From Epiperipatus broadwayi (Eukaryota > Animalia > Onychophora), in NCBI GenBank assembly GCA_028023455.1, contig JAQFVV010000004.1:22940001-23004000 (forward strand): 64,000 nucleotides of DNA, written 5' to 3'. The notes beneath the pieces were generated by a model. It made no database searches. It had not been told where the DNA came from and saw nothing but the letters and a program-made list of their open reading frames with translations. A program made the position numbers and the translations under genes. The first letter of the stretch is position 1. Every line of letters begins with the position of its first letter. Shown here in pieces: positions 1-12,330 of the stretch.

Positions 1-140
1 GAAAAGGGGCATTGGAATTGAAGATAAGAGTATATAGAGGGAGAAAGGGGGAGACACTCATAGAGCACCTCAAGAGCCTTCAAAGATACTATAAGTACTA
101 TGAGATAGCGGATGAACACTAAGTGATCATAGCATACCAC

Positions 141-820
141 CACTTAGAGAAACATGCAGAGACATGGTGGAATTCACTGAGTCATCAACCTCAAACATTT
201 TCTGGAGTATAAAGAAGCATTAGCCAATATATTCATTACAAGAAAGGATGAAAGCTCAAGTGGTAGGGCAGAAGTTCCAAGAAGGTAATGAGAAGCATAC
301 ATACATTTTTTTAGGCGGCAGGTGGCCACATTAAGGACTCTAGATGCATGTAAATTTATCAGAAGAACAGATTGTAGAAATGGCATGCAGAAAGTTACCC
401 AATGAAATCAGGTGGATGCTGGGAAAAAGAGGAGAAAGATCAGCGATGACAATTGATAAAATGTTGAGTCAACCAGAAATAGATACAGAAAGAAGACAGA
501 TAGAGGAGCATAAGCTTAGGTCCAAAGGAAACATAGATGCTAATAAGCAGGGGACAAAAAGAATAGGAAATTTAATATGTTTTTGGGAAGACCAGGTTCC
601 GGGATATGCACTCCAGACATGCCCCATCATCCCTATAAAGGTAGGTTCAACGGATGTTGAAGCCCTCATCGATTCGGACAGCCAGGTATCAGTAGTATCA
701 GAGACATTATACCACCAAATTAGAACAACCAGATATACCGATTCTCCCTCTAAAAACAGTTCACATAGCAATGGGCAGACAACCGGAGAGCTAAAGCAGA
801 GCCAAAGCAGATATGAATAG
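141..820 (+). pseudogene. Gypsy gag / aspartic protease remnant
   Basis: HLEKHAETWWNSL (gag-like L..A..WW) at 141; VEALIDSDSQVSVVSE (protease D-S-G motif mutated to DSD) in ORF 344-820; frameshifted. Confidence 0.75.
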
Positions 821-1101
821 ATCTAAAAATTAATGGAAGGAGCTATCCACGTGTTCCTTCTAATGAAAGGTTTAAAACATGAAGCCTTGTTGGAATCAGA
901 TTTTCTAAATAGATACAAATGTAACCTTGACTATAAGAGGGGTCAGGTCACATGAGGGTGAAGTGATACATTTCCTCGCAGAGGAGCCTCAATGGGGTCG
1001 ATAGGAAATCTACATCTAGAGAAGGATGTCCCGAAGAAACTCAAAGATAACAAGATTGATGGAACGAAAGTACAAGGGAAAGTTAAAGATAGTCCATTAC
1101 A

Positions 1102-2372
1102 ATGAACATTGACCAAGTACACCAAGTCTTTTCAGACAAGCCAGGAGTTATCCAAGGGTTTGAGCAGAGAATTAAGGTGAGAGATGGTCAGACATTCAAA
1201 GCTAGATCATACCCCATTCCGCACCAGTACCGAAAGGAAGTGAAAGAGCAAATGGATCAGATGCTGGAGTGGGGAATTATATCAAAATGCTCATCGGTAT
1301 ATTGCAACCCGATGGTGGTAGTTAAAAAGAAGGATGGATCTGTTAGATTGTGTCTCGATGCTCAACTGTTAAATAAAGTGACTGTACCCGACTGCAATGT
1401 ACCACCTCCCATGCAAGAATTACTGAGGAAGTTCCAAGGGAAGGTATTTTCGACCTTCGATTTAACTGCCAGTTATTGGCAAATTAAGTTCCATCTGGAA
1501 GACTACCAATACACATCATTCAGATATGGGGGCCATTCTTATCAATTTAACAGGATGCCTTTCGGCCTAATAAACAGTGGGGCAGGGTTACTCAGGTGCT
1601 TGGATCAGGTGCTATCCTCAGAGATAAAGGACATGGTCACGATTTACATGGATGACATGCTGATAGCCTCAACTGATATTAAGGAACACATACAGGAAGT
1701 AGGACTTTCTAGAGGAATGTGAAAAAAAGGTCATAAAAATAAATATCAAGAAGAGCACACTGTGTCAGAAAGAGGTGGCCTTCTTGGGCACATGGTGGGA
1801 GCTCAGGGACTCAAACTGCACCCGGACAAGATCTCGGCCATTCGTGACTTTCCAATGCCTAGATCCAAGAAGCAGGTCTGATAATTTCTGGGCCTGTGTA
1901 CATTTTACGACCGCTTTCAGGACCGGTTTGCGGAACGGTGGAGCCATTGGTGAAGTTATTAAAAAAGGGTAGTGAGCAGAAGTAGACGGAAGAACAGGAC
2001 CAAGCCTTCCAAAGAGTGAAGTCAGGTTTCTTAGAACATGTTATGCTAGCCTTTTCTGACTTTTCATAGCCGTTCATAGTTCAGACAGATAGCAGTGGAT
2101 ATGGTCTTGAAGTGACCTTGGATCAAGAGCAAGAAAATGGGAGAATGGGTGTACTATATTTTCTGAGTAGGCTATTCAAAGGCTCTGAGATACATTATAC
2201 AACCACTGAGAAAGAGGTGTTGGCCATTGTTTGGGTCTTTCAGAAGTTTCGCATGTTGTTACTGGGCTTGGAGGTCATCATGGTTATTGACCACAAGAGT
2301 CTGGAATTTATCAACCACAGCCATCTCACAAACAGCAGATTAGTACATTGGAGCCTGTACTGTGGTGGCTGA
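1102..2372 (+). pseudogene. Gypsy reverse transcriptase and RNase H, disrupted
   Basis: RLCLDAQLLNK, FSTFDLTASYWQI, RMPFGLINSG, YMDD in ORF 1102-1722; YTTTEKEVLAIVW and IDHKSL in ORF 2112-2372. Confidence 0.93.
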
Positions 2373-2609
2373 CACCCTCAGTCGCAATCCAGTGGACACG
2401 CAATCACATCATCTAGGTACTGAGAATTTGTATATAGCAAGCATAGGGTTGAGAACACATGGACTGGCAAGTGATTTGAGGCGCCTGGGGTACCTTCAGA
2501 GAGAGGACCAACAACTCCATCCAGTCATTGACCAATTGGAAGGTAAGAAGCTAAATTGATTGGGAGTTAGGTCAAGCAGAATATTCAGAAATTTAAACTG
2601 GAGCAAGAT

Positions 2610-4680
2610 GTGCTACAATATAGAGTTAAGGAAAATCCAGCAGAGTGGAGATCAGTCATCCTGCGGCATATGAGGACCGCAATGGTGGCACACATGCACC
2701 GCCGGTCTGGCCACTATTGGATAATGAAGACTGAAGGATGGATTAGGAGGTGGTTTTACTGGCCAGGCATGCATGGCAAAGTTGCAGCCGTTATCGGGCA
2801 GTGCGAAATTTGCCAGAGAGTTAAGCCCGCAAATAGGAAATATACAGCTCCGATGTTATTCATGATTCCCAGAGAGCCTAAGGAAATGATGGCAGTTGAT
2901 TTTTATGGCCCACTGCCGGCCTTCAATAAAAGGAAATACCTCTTGGTTGTTTATGATTTGTTCGCCAAACTAATGTCCGCGTATCCCATCACGCAAGCCA
3001 ACGTGAGGAACACCATATGCATCCTAGAAAGGGAACATATTCCGTTAGTGGGAAAACCACAAACTATCATATCAGATCATGGGACACCATTCGTCTCGAA
3101 GGAGTGGGCGAGATGGACCGAACGATTGAAAATAGGACATGTGTTAACTTTGATACGGAACCCTCAGTCCAATCCCTGCGAAAGAATGATGCGGGAATTG
3201 GGTAGGCTGTTCCGTACTTATGTCCAAATGGCCCATAGAAAGTGGGTCAAACAACTACCAGACATTTTAAACCAGTGGTCTTCAACCTTTTCACACCTGC
3301 GGACCATCAAAAATAAGGATAAGATTTCACGGACCGACAGAAGTTTACAGATAAATTTTCTTAAAGATGTAACCTTTTTAGCCTTAGATAAGCATAATTG
3401 TTATAACTGACCAAAACAGCACACTAGTTATTGTGTATTGTAATGGTTTTGCTTACCTTCACATGCTGAACATAGACAACAGTACAATAACAATCATTCT
3501 CATTAATGTGCTTGCATTTCTGTGTTTATTACTTCATTGTTAAAACATGCAAGAATAAAATGTTATTCACCTGAATGTTAGGAAATATTATAGCTAGTGG
3601 AATTACATGGCAATGATTATTGATAAATGTAATATCTGTATTTAATGTTAAATATACAAGATGGTTATATATATGGAGGTTGTCTTTTGATAGTAGTAAG
3701 GGCAAAATAGAAATTGTGTAATTAAAATCACCGTACAGCCTCCCAAAAAAAAAATTGTCGTATTTTAAATCTGAAAAAATAAAACAAAACGTGTAAATGT
3801 CTGAAATTTTGATGTTATTGCAAATTTTTTTTTGTGCTGGTGTGTTAAAAGGATCAAAAATGTAATTATTAGGAAAAGTTTTTTTAAAAAATGGTAAAAT
3901 AGATATCACATAATAGAAATAAAGCCCCCCCCCCCCCAAAAAAAAAATCACTGTGTAATCGCTGTCTTTTAAAAAAAAAGCAACGAAAGTTGAAAAAGTC
4001 AAAAGTTTTGATCTTAAGTGGAGGTGGATTGAGAAATACTTTGTAAAAGTTAGAGACAGAAATTTTTTGGTTGTTTTTCTTTTTAAAAAAAGGTGAAATA
4101 GAAAAACAAATTAATTTGTGTATGATTGATTAGATTTCGTTTTTTTTTTTTTTTTAACCAAGTAAAAATGCAATGAAAAAATAAATAAAAACTGTTTATA
4201 TTGATTAAAAGTTTAAAATCTTATTATTTTGTTATTACTAACTTTCTTGCCATTCTAGCGTGGCCCGGCAGAAAACTTCTGCGGCGCGGAGCCGAACTGC
4301 AGCCCGGTGGTTGAAGACTACTGTTTTAAACTATATGAACTGGGCAGTGAGTGAATCTACTGGATTCACGCCAATACATTTGCATTTTGGGAAGCACGTG
4401 CCCAGGTTGTTCGAAACTGAGTTTCCAGGAACAGAACCTCCCATTGATATAGAAAATGATAGGCAGCAAGCATACCGCTCGATGGTTCACAGAAGCTTAC
4501 AACGAAAAGAGGGTTTCAAGAGTTCCTCTCATTCCTTTAAGGTGGGAGACCAAGTAATGGTGAGGACCCCCATGTAAGCGAACCCGGAAAGTTTATTTGC
4601 AAAAAGTTTTGCAATCTATATGAGGGCCCATTTACAATAACAAAGAGTCAAGGGAAACATGCGTTTTGGTGGATACCGGG
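2610..4680 (+). pseudogene. Gypsy integrase, split by a hAT insertion
   Basis: HHCC-type region (H..SGHYW...CEICQ), VDFYGP, SDHGTPF, NPQSNPCER. Removing 3273-4331 rejoins LPDILN to YMNWAVSESTGFTP...FKVGDQVMVRTP. Confidence 0.92.
3273..4323 (+). mobile_element. Non-autonomous hAT (Charlie/Buster/SPIN-like) DNA transposon, 1051 bp
   Basis: 15-bp TIR CAGTGGTCTTCAACC / GGTTGAAGACTACTG (1 mismatch); exact 8-bp TSD TTTTAAAC at 3265-3272 and 4324-4331. Confidence 0.93.
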
Positions 4681-4811
4681 CAGAAAGTAAGAGGGTCATA
4701 CAATGCTTGGTCACTCAAGCCCTTTGCAAACCCAGAAAGGGATAAAGGATAGAAAAGAGGCGTTTAAGAAGCCTTTCAAATACACGGAGGGTATTTGAAG
4801 GCTATTGCACC

Positions 4812-6520
4812 AGGGGGGTATGTAACAGTAGCTGGGTTCGAATACAGGTGGTAAAGTAAGTAAAGTTAATAATTATAAAGAGTTAATTGCGACTGGTGTT
4901 GCGAATTAAATAGGTTGATGCAGGAAATTTGTAAATAGTCTTTCGAACCCTGTTACAAAAGTGTATGAATGGAATACATTAATCAGTTAATGACATGAAT
5001 GTATATGTATATATATATTTGTTGTACGTGTTATTGTGATGTGTGTGTTGAATTACTAACAGATTTATATGTGAGGATATAGAAAAGTGATTATATGCGG
5101 AGTTGTGTTATTTTTTTATTATTTGTGTTTTATATATGTATTGTTGTTTATTAATGTCATAAGTTATAGATTTAAATAATGTCAGTAGTAGCACGTGTTT
5201 CTTAATGAAAACCCATTAAGCATATAAGATTAGAGAGTAATAAAAAGAATTGAAGGCGGTTTTAGTTAAAGACTCTGTCCACCGGAATTCTTAGAACTAG
5301 TCAAGTTAGTATTTTAAAACAATGGAAGCTAAAAGCATTCTTGAGATCTGGTCATCAGCATATAGATAAAAGAAAAGTGAGGTTAAAGAGTGTTAAAGAA
5401 AAGAACTATATTTTTTTTCTCAGTGATTTAGTTGGTGATTAAAATTTAAAAAAAATAGATACAGGTAATAAAGAAGCAGGAAAGAAAATATACGTATTAA
5501 TGTTATTATTAATTAATGAAAATTTTATTCGTAATGTACTCCATCGAAATGCAGGGGTGATTATAATCGTGTGAGTTCGTTAGGCCGGCTTCAGTGGACA
5601 GCTATTGTAGGACTCACCTGAACTTTATTTATGGAGATTTGCTGTTTATTTAATCAAGTGTTATGGCCACGAACTACAAACAGCTAGGACCTCCCACAAG
5701 CAAAATTAAAAATTATCTACTTAACCTCTAGGATGGATTATTTTGTATAGGATATTTTGGAGCCTGTCATCATCGTTCAGATCAACCACTCTCGCTAAAA
5801 ACAGCATTCCTTTAAGACAGTAAGCTTACAGGTCGTTGGCCTTGACCACGTGAACATTCGCCCTTAACAGAGGTAATGTTGACCTTTTCTCAATATATAT
5901 CCAATGAACATTTAGTAATACAATAAGAAACATGTGTTATTCCATTTTTAAAGAAAGTAATAAATAATTTTTTAAATCATTTAATAAACAAATCTGACAT
6001 GTAATTGTACTCTTTCGTTAATATGTATATGAATCTTATATATATATGTTTATTGGAATAAATGAGTTGTGTGCTTAAAATATTGAGATATGTATACATG
6101 TGTTAATAAATCTTAGAATTTGATTATAACTTGTATATTATTCGCATTAGGAGATTCTGATGACTTCTGGGCTATCGTAATAGGATTTGTAGGCAGACAG
6201 AAATTATAATGATATATATGTGACGTCTCTTCATAAGATCACCTTAGCTTTGTTCTCTCGTTAGACATTGTTCCCCAGACATTGATATTGAGCTAGTCTG
6301 GATTGGATACCCAAAGAGTGTTCACTGAACCCTTGTTTATGTTTTCGAGAGGAATAATTCTTATTAATGGATAAGACTGGTGCTTGAGATGGGATTTAGC
6401 CCATGCTCATAAATATACCTACTCGAAGCTTAGGGAAATAACTTGTACATGCTCAATTTTTAGAATAAGATTATGGGTAGACAGTTAATATATATGTAAA
6501 CTAAATAAAATGTCCGTTAA
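4812..6520 (+). repeat. Polypurine tract (4812-4820) and 3' LTR (from 4821) of the Gypsy element
   Basis: AGGGGGGTA directly followed by TGTAACA after the integrase. The end is inferred from TGTCCGTTAA, which resembles the solo-LTR end GACCGTTACA. Confidence 0.7.
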
Positions 6521-7200
6521 TTGAAAACAAAATTGTAATTATAATTTAATAATAAATTTAACAGTTTACAAACTATTACAAACAATCCTTAAATCCGCAG
6601 AAGTACTTTTGGTTAATTTCTTAAACCTGCCTCAACTGCCATTAAATTCAAAAACAAAAGCGGAAGCAAATGTCATCAATTCAAATTCCACGAATTTCAT
6701 ATTTTAATGTTAGCAGCTTGTCGATTTATTAAATGCATGTACTCCCGTTTATAAAAGTTGCCTCTTTAATTTTTCTTTTACTATGGTTTCTCTCTCATGA
6801 AGAATTTTCACATTTTCAAAATCAAATTTAAATTTATATTTACATGTTTTTTCGTGATCAAAGAAAACTGAAGGAGATATTAAATCACCATTATTTTTAC
6901 TTTTTACACGCTTATATAACAATTCATGCTCCCTCAATCTCTTCTCAATATTGCACCTAGATTCACCTATATATGATAGCATACAATCACAAAAAATTTG
7001 ATATATGACATTACTTTTCTGCTTGACAGCTATAACATCCTTAGAATTCTTGACTAATTTATTAATATTGTTTGGAATGTAGAATGAAACATTAAACATA
7101 TTTTTATATAAATCCTTAAAAAATTGCACTTGTGGATTTGAAATAAATGGAATAGATATCCATTGTTTACTATTAATCTACATTTCTTTTAAATTATTAT
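6521..7200 (-). mobile_element. Penelope-like element 3' fragment (GIY-YIG endonuclease and 3' repeat)
   Basis: SNVIYQIFCDCMLSYIGESRCNIEKRLREH...FDFENVKILHERE in ORF 6749-7129. Confidence 0.88.
6597..6639 (-). ncRNA. Degenerate minimal hammerhead-like motif
   Basis: GCAG-TTGAGGCA-GGTTTAAGAAATTAACC-AAAA-GTAC-TT-CTGC: helix I, helix II and palindromic GTAC are present; GAAA reads AAAA. Confidence 0.55.
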
Positions 7201-7631
7201 AACTATATATATATATAGTGTATAAAATGATGCCATTTGTCTTCATTGGTTTATATTGTTTTTGTATAAAATATCTTAAATTTTGAAATTATGTTTTTTA
7301 TATTAGTTTATATTATTTTATTAAAAATTATGCATTACATGTTCATATTAGTTTGTATAAAATTTTTTCAGTATTTTGTTTGCTTTTGAAAATGTTAAAT
7401 TTATTAATTAATATTTTCAATATGACTTTGGTGTCTCTGCATTGTATGTAATAGTCACTAATCTGTAATGTAGTATGTCTGTGTAAGGAGTACCAAAAAA
7501 GCGCCACAACGTATGTAATTACATTTAAAAGTTAATTAGTAATAAATTTATGTAAGCATGTTAACAAAAATGATCTTTTCTTTATTATTATTAAATTATT
7601 TAATCTTTTTTTAATAACTGAAATACAGGCT

Positions 7632-8080
7632 TATTATATACTTGTATCAGTCAGTATATGTAATATATAGGGTATATGAGCATAGACCTTCACACAACCC
7701 ACCACTCTCCACTCTATCTCATAACACTGATACACTTGAACACATATATATCGAAAAGATAAATAATCACCAATAAATGTATTTCATGCTAAACCAGCAT
7801 TCATCAGTTAGTCCCGATTATCATCTCTAGACATATATGCAATAAGTGCTCAGATATATATTAAGGTAGCCAATCTTCATACTTTAATGGACAGGCTTTA
7901 ATCCACTCCAACTCTTCAACTGTCCATCCAATTGAAAATCTGATGATGGAATGCTCAAAGGCCACCCTGAGGCTGAGATTTTCATCATACCCATGTTAAT
8001 CTAAAGTCAATCTGACCCTCATTTGCAGGACATAATCCATTTAATACATATATGAGAGATGGGCAGACATCTCTACTATA
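7632..8080 (-). mobile_element. Hammerhead-bearing non-coding repeat (family B), single-arm copy with 20-bp TSD
   Basis: ~7680-8040 is colinear with 60140-60500; flanked by identical TAATAACTGAAATACAGGCT at 7612-7631 and 8081-8100. Confidence 0.72.
7770..7810 (-). ncRNA. Type-I hammerhead motif (family B)
   Basis: CTAA-CTGATGA-ATGCTG-GTT-TAGCAT-GAAA-TACATT-TA-TTGG: intact CUGAUGA and GAAA core, 6-bp helix II. Confidence 0.72.
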
Positions 8081-8150
8081 TAATAACTGAAATACAGGCT
8101 TTTTTTATATTGTCCAAGTCAATTTTATCAGATTAGTTTAAGGACAAATC

Positions 8151-9088
8151 GGTAATACAGCATCGATTGATCCACACCATAAGATGGCGCTGTTTCTACG
8201 CTAAAGCATATAAATATGCTGTTTACAAGGCCGCTCATAGATCTTACGGCCTAGTAAACTGTTCAACCGCTAAGATGTTGAAGTGCACCCATTACCCCAA
8301 AGATCTCTAGTATGTTGAACATTATTAGCAACGAGTATGCAAGATTCTCTGTAGACATTACTCTTAACTATTGTACAGCGTATGATGTGAAGGTTTCTGT
8401 ATTTTGAATGTCGAAAACTATATTATGTTTTTTTTTTTTTTTGGCTTCGATGTATTTTTTTTTTTTTTCGTTCATAAAAATTGTAACGATTTTCCAAACG
8501 CCCCTGGTTTCATTGTCAGGGGTCAGAATTCAGTTAATGAGGAGTGTTAGTCACAATTCGGCAAAGTTCACGATCAAGTCGCGCACTTTCCGACACTTTT
8601 TCGAGATCAAAACATTTCAATGGCAGACTACAGAAGCAGATGCGGTGGCCTTTCTTCAACAGAGAAATATTATCCTCACCCAGAAGAACTGCCTTTGTGG
8701 TAGTTTAATGAAAGTAAAAAGCTAAAAAAAATAAAAAAAAGTTACTTTAAAAAAAAGAAGACCGTAATCAAAAGCGAAAAAAAAAAGTTACTTTAAAAAA
8801 AAAAAGACTGTAATCCAATTTTGTTAAACAACAAGTTTTACAAAAAAAAATAAAGAAAGAAAATGTTTTTACAAAACATATTAAAAAAAATATTTAAAAA
8901 TCAATTTATTTATTTAAAAAAAAAAGAAAATACAGTCCAAAAAAAAATCCAAACCAAAAAAAAAAAAAAAAACCACGATAACATTACAAAATAATAATAA
9001 TCAAATCAGCCCGGTAACGTTATATCTATTCGTTTTTTACTAGCAACAGTGCCATCTTATGGCGTGGATCAGTCGATGCTGTATTACC
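8151..9088 (+). mobile_element. Merlin (IS1595/ISXO2-like) internally deleted DNA transposon
   Basis: ~45-bp TIR GGTAATACAGCATCGATTGATCCACACCATAAGATGGCGCTG and its reverse complement; transposase N-terminal remnant EADAVAFLQQRNIILTQKNCLCGSLMKV; no TSD found. Confidence 0.78.
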
Positions 9089-11101
9089 TATGTGTTACAA
9101 TTAGTGAAGAAGAATAAAAAAGAAAGTGGAATTGATTTATTTTGTAAATGATTTAGATGAAATTTTTTTATTTAGTTACTGTTAATATTGATTATCATGT
9201 TAAAAATAACTGCATAATAATTTTGTTTTATAAAATGTGTAATTTTTTTTATAAAATAGAGTAATTAGCAATAAATATTTCATTATACAAATCATGCTGA
9301 AAGAGTAATATAAGTTTTATCAATAATTTTGTAGCTGAAATAGTTAAATAAATAAACTCACAAATATATATTTACAGATGTATATTTATGAATGCAAAAT
9401 ATACAAGCTTGTATATAAGCATACAACTACACATCATCTCATCATAGATTGACTTATTAGCAAACAATTTTTGCATTTAATGATTTGTTTATATTGTATG
9501 CATTCTCTTGAATAAATTTGCATTATTTTTATTATAGGAAATGTAACTACTATTTCAAAATAAAAATTAAAAATTTTTTTTTTATAAAATAAAACATTAA
9601 CATGACATTTTTATAATAAAAAGTTATAGAAATTTGTTTTAAAACAATGTAGAACATATAACTGATTGAAATAGAACATTTTTTTATTGATGAATTATTG
9701 ATAGAAATTAGAACATCATAATAAATTTATGTAATAAATGAATATTTGTGTACATTTACATACTATTTTATAATAAAAAGATCTAATTACAGAGAATATA
9801 TATTAAAAATAATAAATGTAAATTATTTAATAATATTATTAAAATAATGTAATAATAATAAAAGTAAATTTTTAATGAAAAAAAAGTTACATATCATAGT
9901 TGAAGCATTTTTTTATTTAATAATTGAAACTTTTCAGAAAAGATTTTAAATAAAAGTATGATTTTATTTTTAAGCTATGCTAATTTAAAAATCATATTTC
10001 TCGAAATTTGTGTTATATCATTTGAAAGAATTTGCCACCTTTCTAAGTATAATAATAATAATAAAGACAAACTAATGAATAAAGAATTAAATAAAGAATG
10101 AACAATTGCATTGATATTTCAAATATTATTCTGCTCTTTGCTTACACAACTAATAATTTTATTTTATAGTTTATTGTTTACAATATTAGCCTAACCATAA
10201 TTTTTATTTGATCAAATTTTATATAAATTTTGTAAAGATTTTATATATACATTACATATTTTTTAAGGCATATATTGTAAGAACTTTTTTTTTTTGCTGT
10301 AAGAATATATTTTTAATTATATTCTTACAAATGTGCAAAATTATGTTATTAAATTGTAAGAACTTTATTATTGAAAATCTATTGACATTGTGATATAATT
10401 TATAATATATAAATGTTTTACTTCTGACTTTATAAATATTTATTATATTAGAATACATTTTTATTTAATTATTTATTAAATCAAATTTAAATATGTCTTT
10501 GATGTACTTTTATTCATTTGATAAATTATTTGAAAGTAGCTTTCTTTTTTTTTTTGAACGCATAGCAAATTAATAATGGGGATGGGTGGATGGGAGGCAA
10601 CTTTGAATTTTCACAATTGTCAGATTTCATTATTTTAGTATAAGTTATAATTTACTTAAGTAATATTTTTTATTTATTCTTATATATCCATGATTTAAAA
10701 CTTATAATAAATACATTTCAATAATTAAATTAATATTCATATTATATCTGTTCTCTTATTTTGTCCAAATGTTCTTATTTGTAATTTTCAGGTTTTTTTA
10801 AAGAAAAATAACATTTGAAAATTATAATCAATTTTTTAAAAAACATTTACTTTAAAGATGTATTGTAAATATATTTCAAGTTCTTTGTTAATATTTATAT
10901 TCAATTTTTATTTGTTTTTAGCAAGATATGGGTGTTTAAAAAATAGAACAGGATATTTGTAATGGGATGTAGTGATGAATTATAGATATTTTGATGAATT
11001 ATTTCTACATGTTCTTTTAAACTGTAAAAATCATCAATCCAGAAAGATTAAAATATAAATTTTTATGCATATGTTTGTGTTTGATATGTATACTTTATTA
11101 A

Positions 11102-11305
<204 letters not shown>

Positions 11306-12330
11306 TAAGTCTTTAAAAACTTTTTTTTATTTATAATTTTCTAGTTTAATTTTTATATGATATGAATGAAGGAAAAATCCTCAAAAAAAAAAAAAAATTA
11401 AATCTATCAACACGAATGCAGAAATATTTATATTAATACATGATGAATTGCAATAAAACTAAGTAAAAAAATTACAGTTTTGTATTTGGGATAATGAATC
11501 TTAAAAAAAAAAAAAAGAAACCTATCAAAGACTATGTATGATATGGATATTTGTTTATAGATTATTAAAATTGGTAGAGTAAACGTTATAAGTTTATTAC
11601 ATTATTGATTAAATCATATATCATTCATAAGGATGTCAAAATAATTAAAGATTTATGATGGAATCAGAAGCCATTCATTAAAATTGTTTATTTTTGGCAA
11701 AAGAATTATGAATTTGTATTAGATTCTATGTTTATTAAGTTTTCTGTCTGAAGGTAGGTTGAATAATTAGTGAGTAATGTGTCAACCTGTATATTGTTAT
11801 CTTAATTTTTAATTAAAATTTAAATATTGGTGTTAAAAGTTAGTGGATATTGTTATTATGATGTTGTGGGTGATTCTGTTAGACAGTGTTTAAGATTAAA
11901 TAGAATAAATGAAATTTATAAAATAATTAAACTTACTACAATTTGATCTACAAGTGTCAAACTTCCTGCATGCACATCTTTGGTACTATCCATTTCAGAT
12001 TAATACATTAATGATTATTGCTAATCATTTATTAGATTAGAGATCAGCTAAAACATCGATCTAACTTCATCCTTTTTTTCTACATATTTATATATTTTAG
12101 ATTACTTTTCTATCACATTTTGGAAACATGAATAAAATTATATGAAAAAGATAGATGTTCTAATATGTACTTCATTCTGAACTAGCATTTTTCTTCTGAT
12201 CCAGGTTACATTCTCTTATACATCATTGTTATTTCTTCAGTATTTATCAATATCAAATCACTACAACTTAATCTATATATGTTAGACTTCTTACACTTAC
12301 ATTTTTGAACCATAAACTTTCGATAAATAT

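Larger units (their letters stand above)
1..6520 (+). mobile_element. Ty3/Gypsy LTR retrotransposon, decayed; 5' part outside the window; lies in a GMPR intron if the upstream GMPR exons are outside the window
   Basis: Domain order gag-PR-RT-RNaseH-IN, then PPT and LTR. Multiple frameshifts and stops. The right end (~6520) is approximate. Confidence 0.93.

Noticed and set aside
3529-4002. 157-aa ORF and the many 60-100 aa F/I/L/K/N-rich ORFs
   Set aside because: Composition expected from AT-rich non-coding DNA and homopolymer runs; no motifs.
7940-7975. CTGATGA as another hammerhead on the plus strand
   Set aside because: No GAAA after a plausible helix II.
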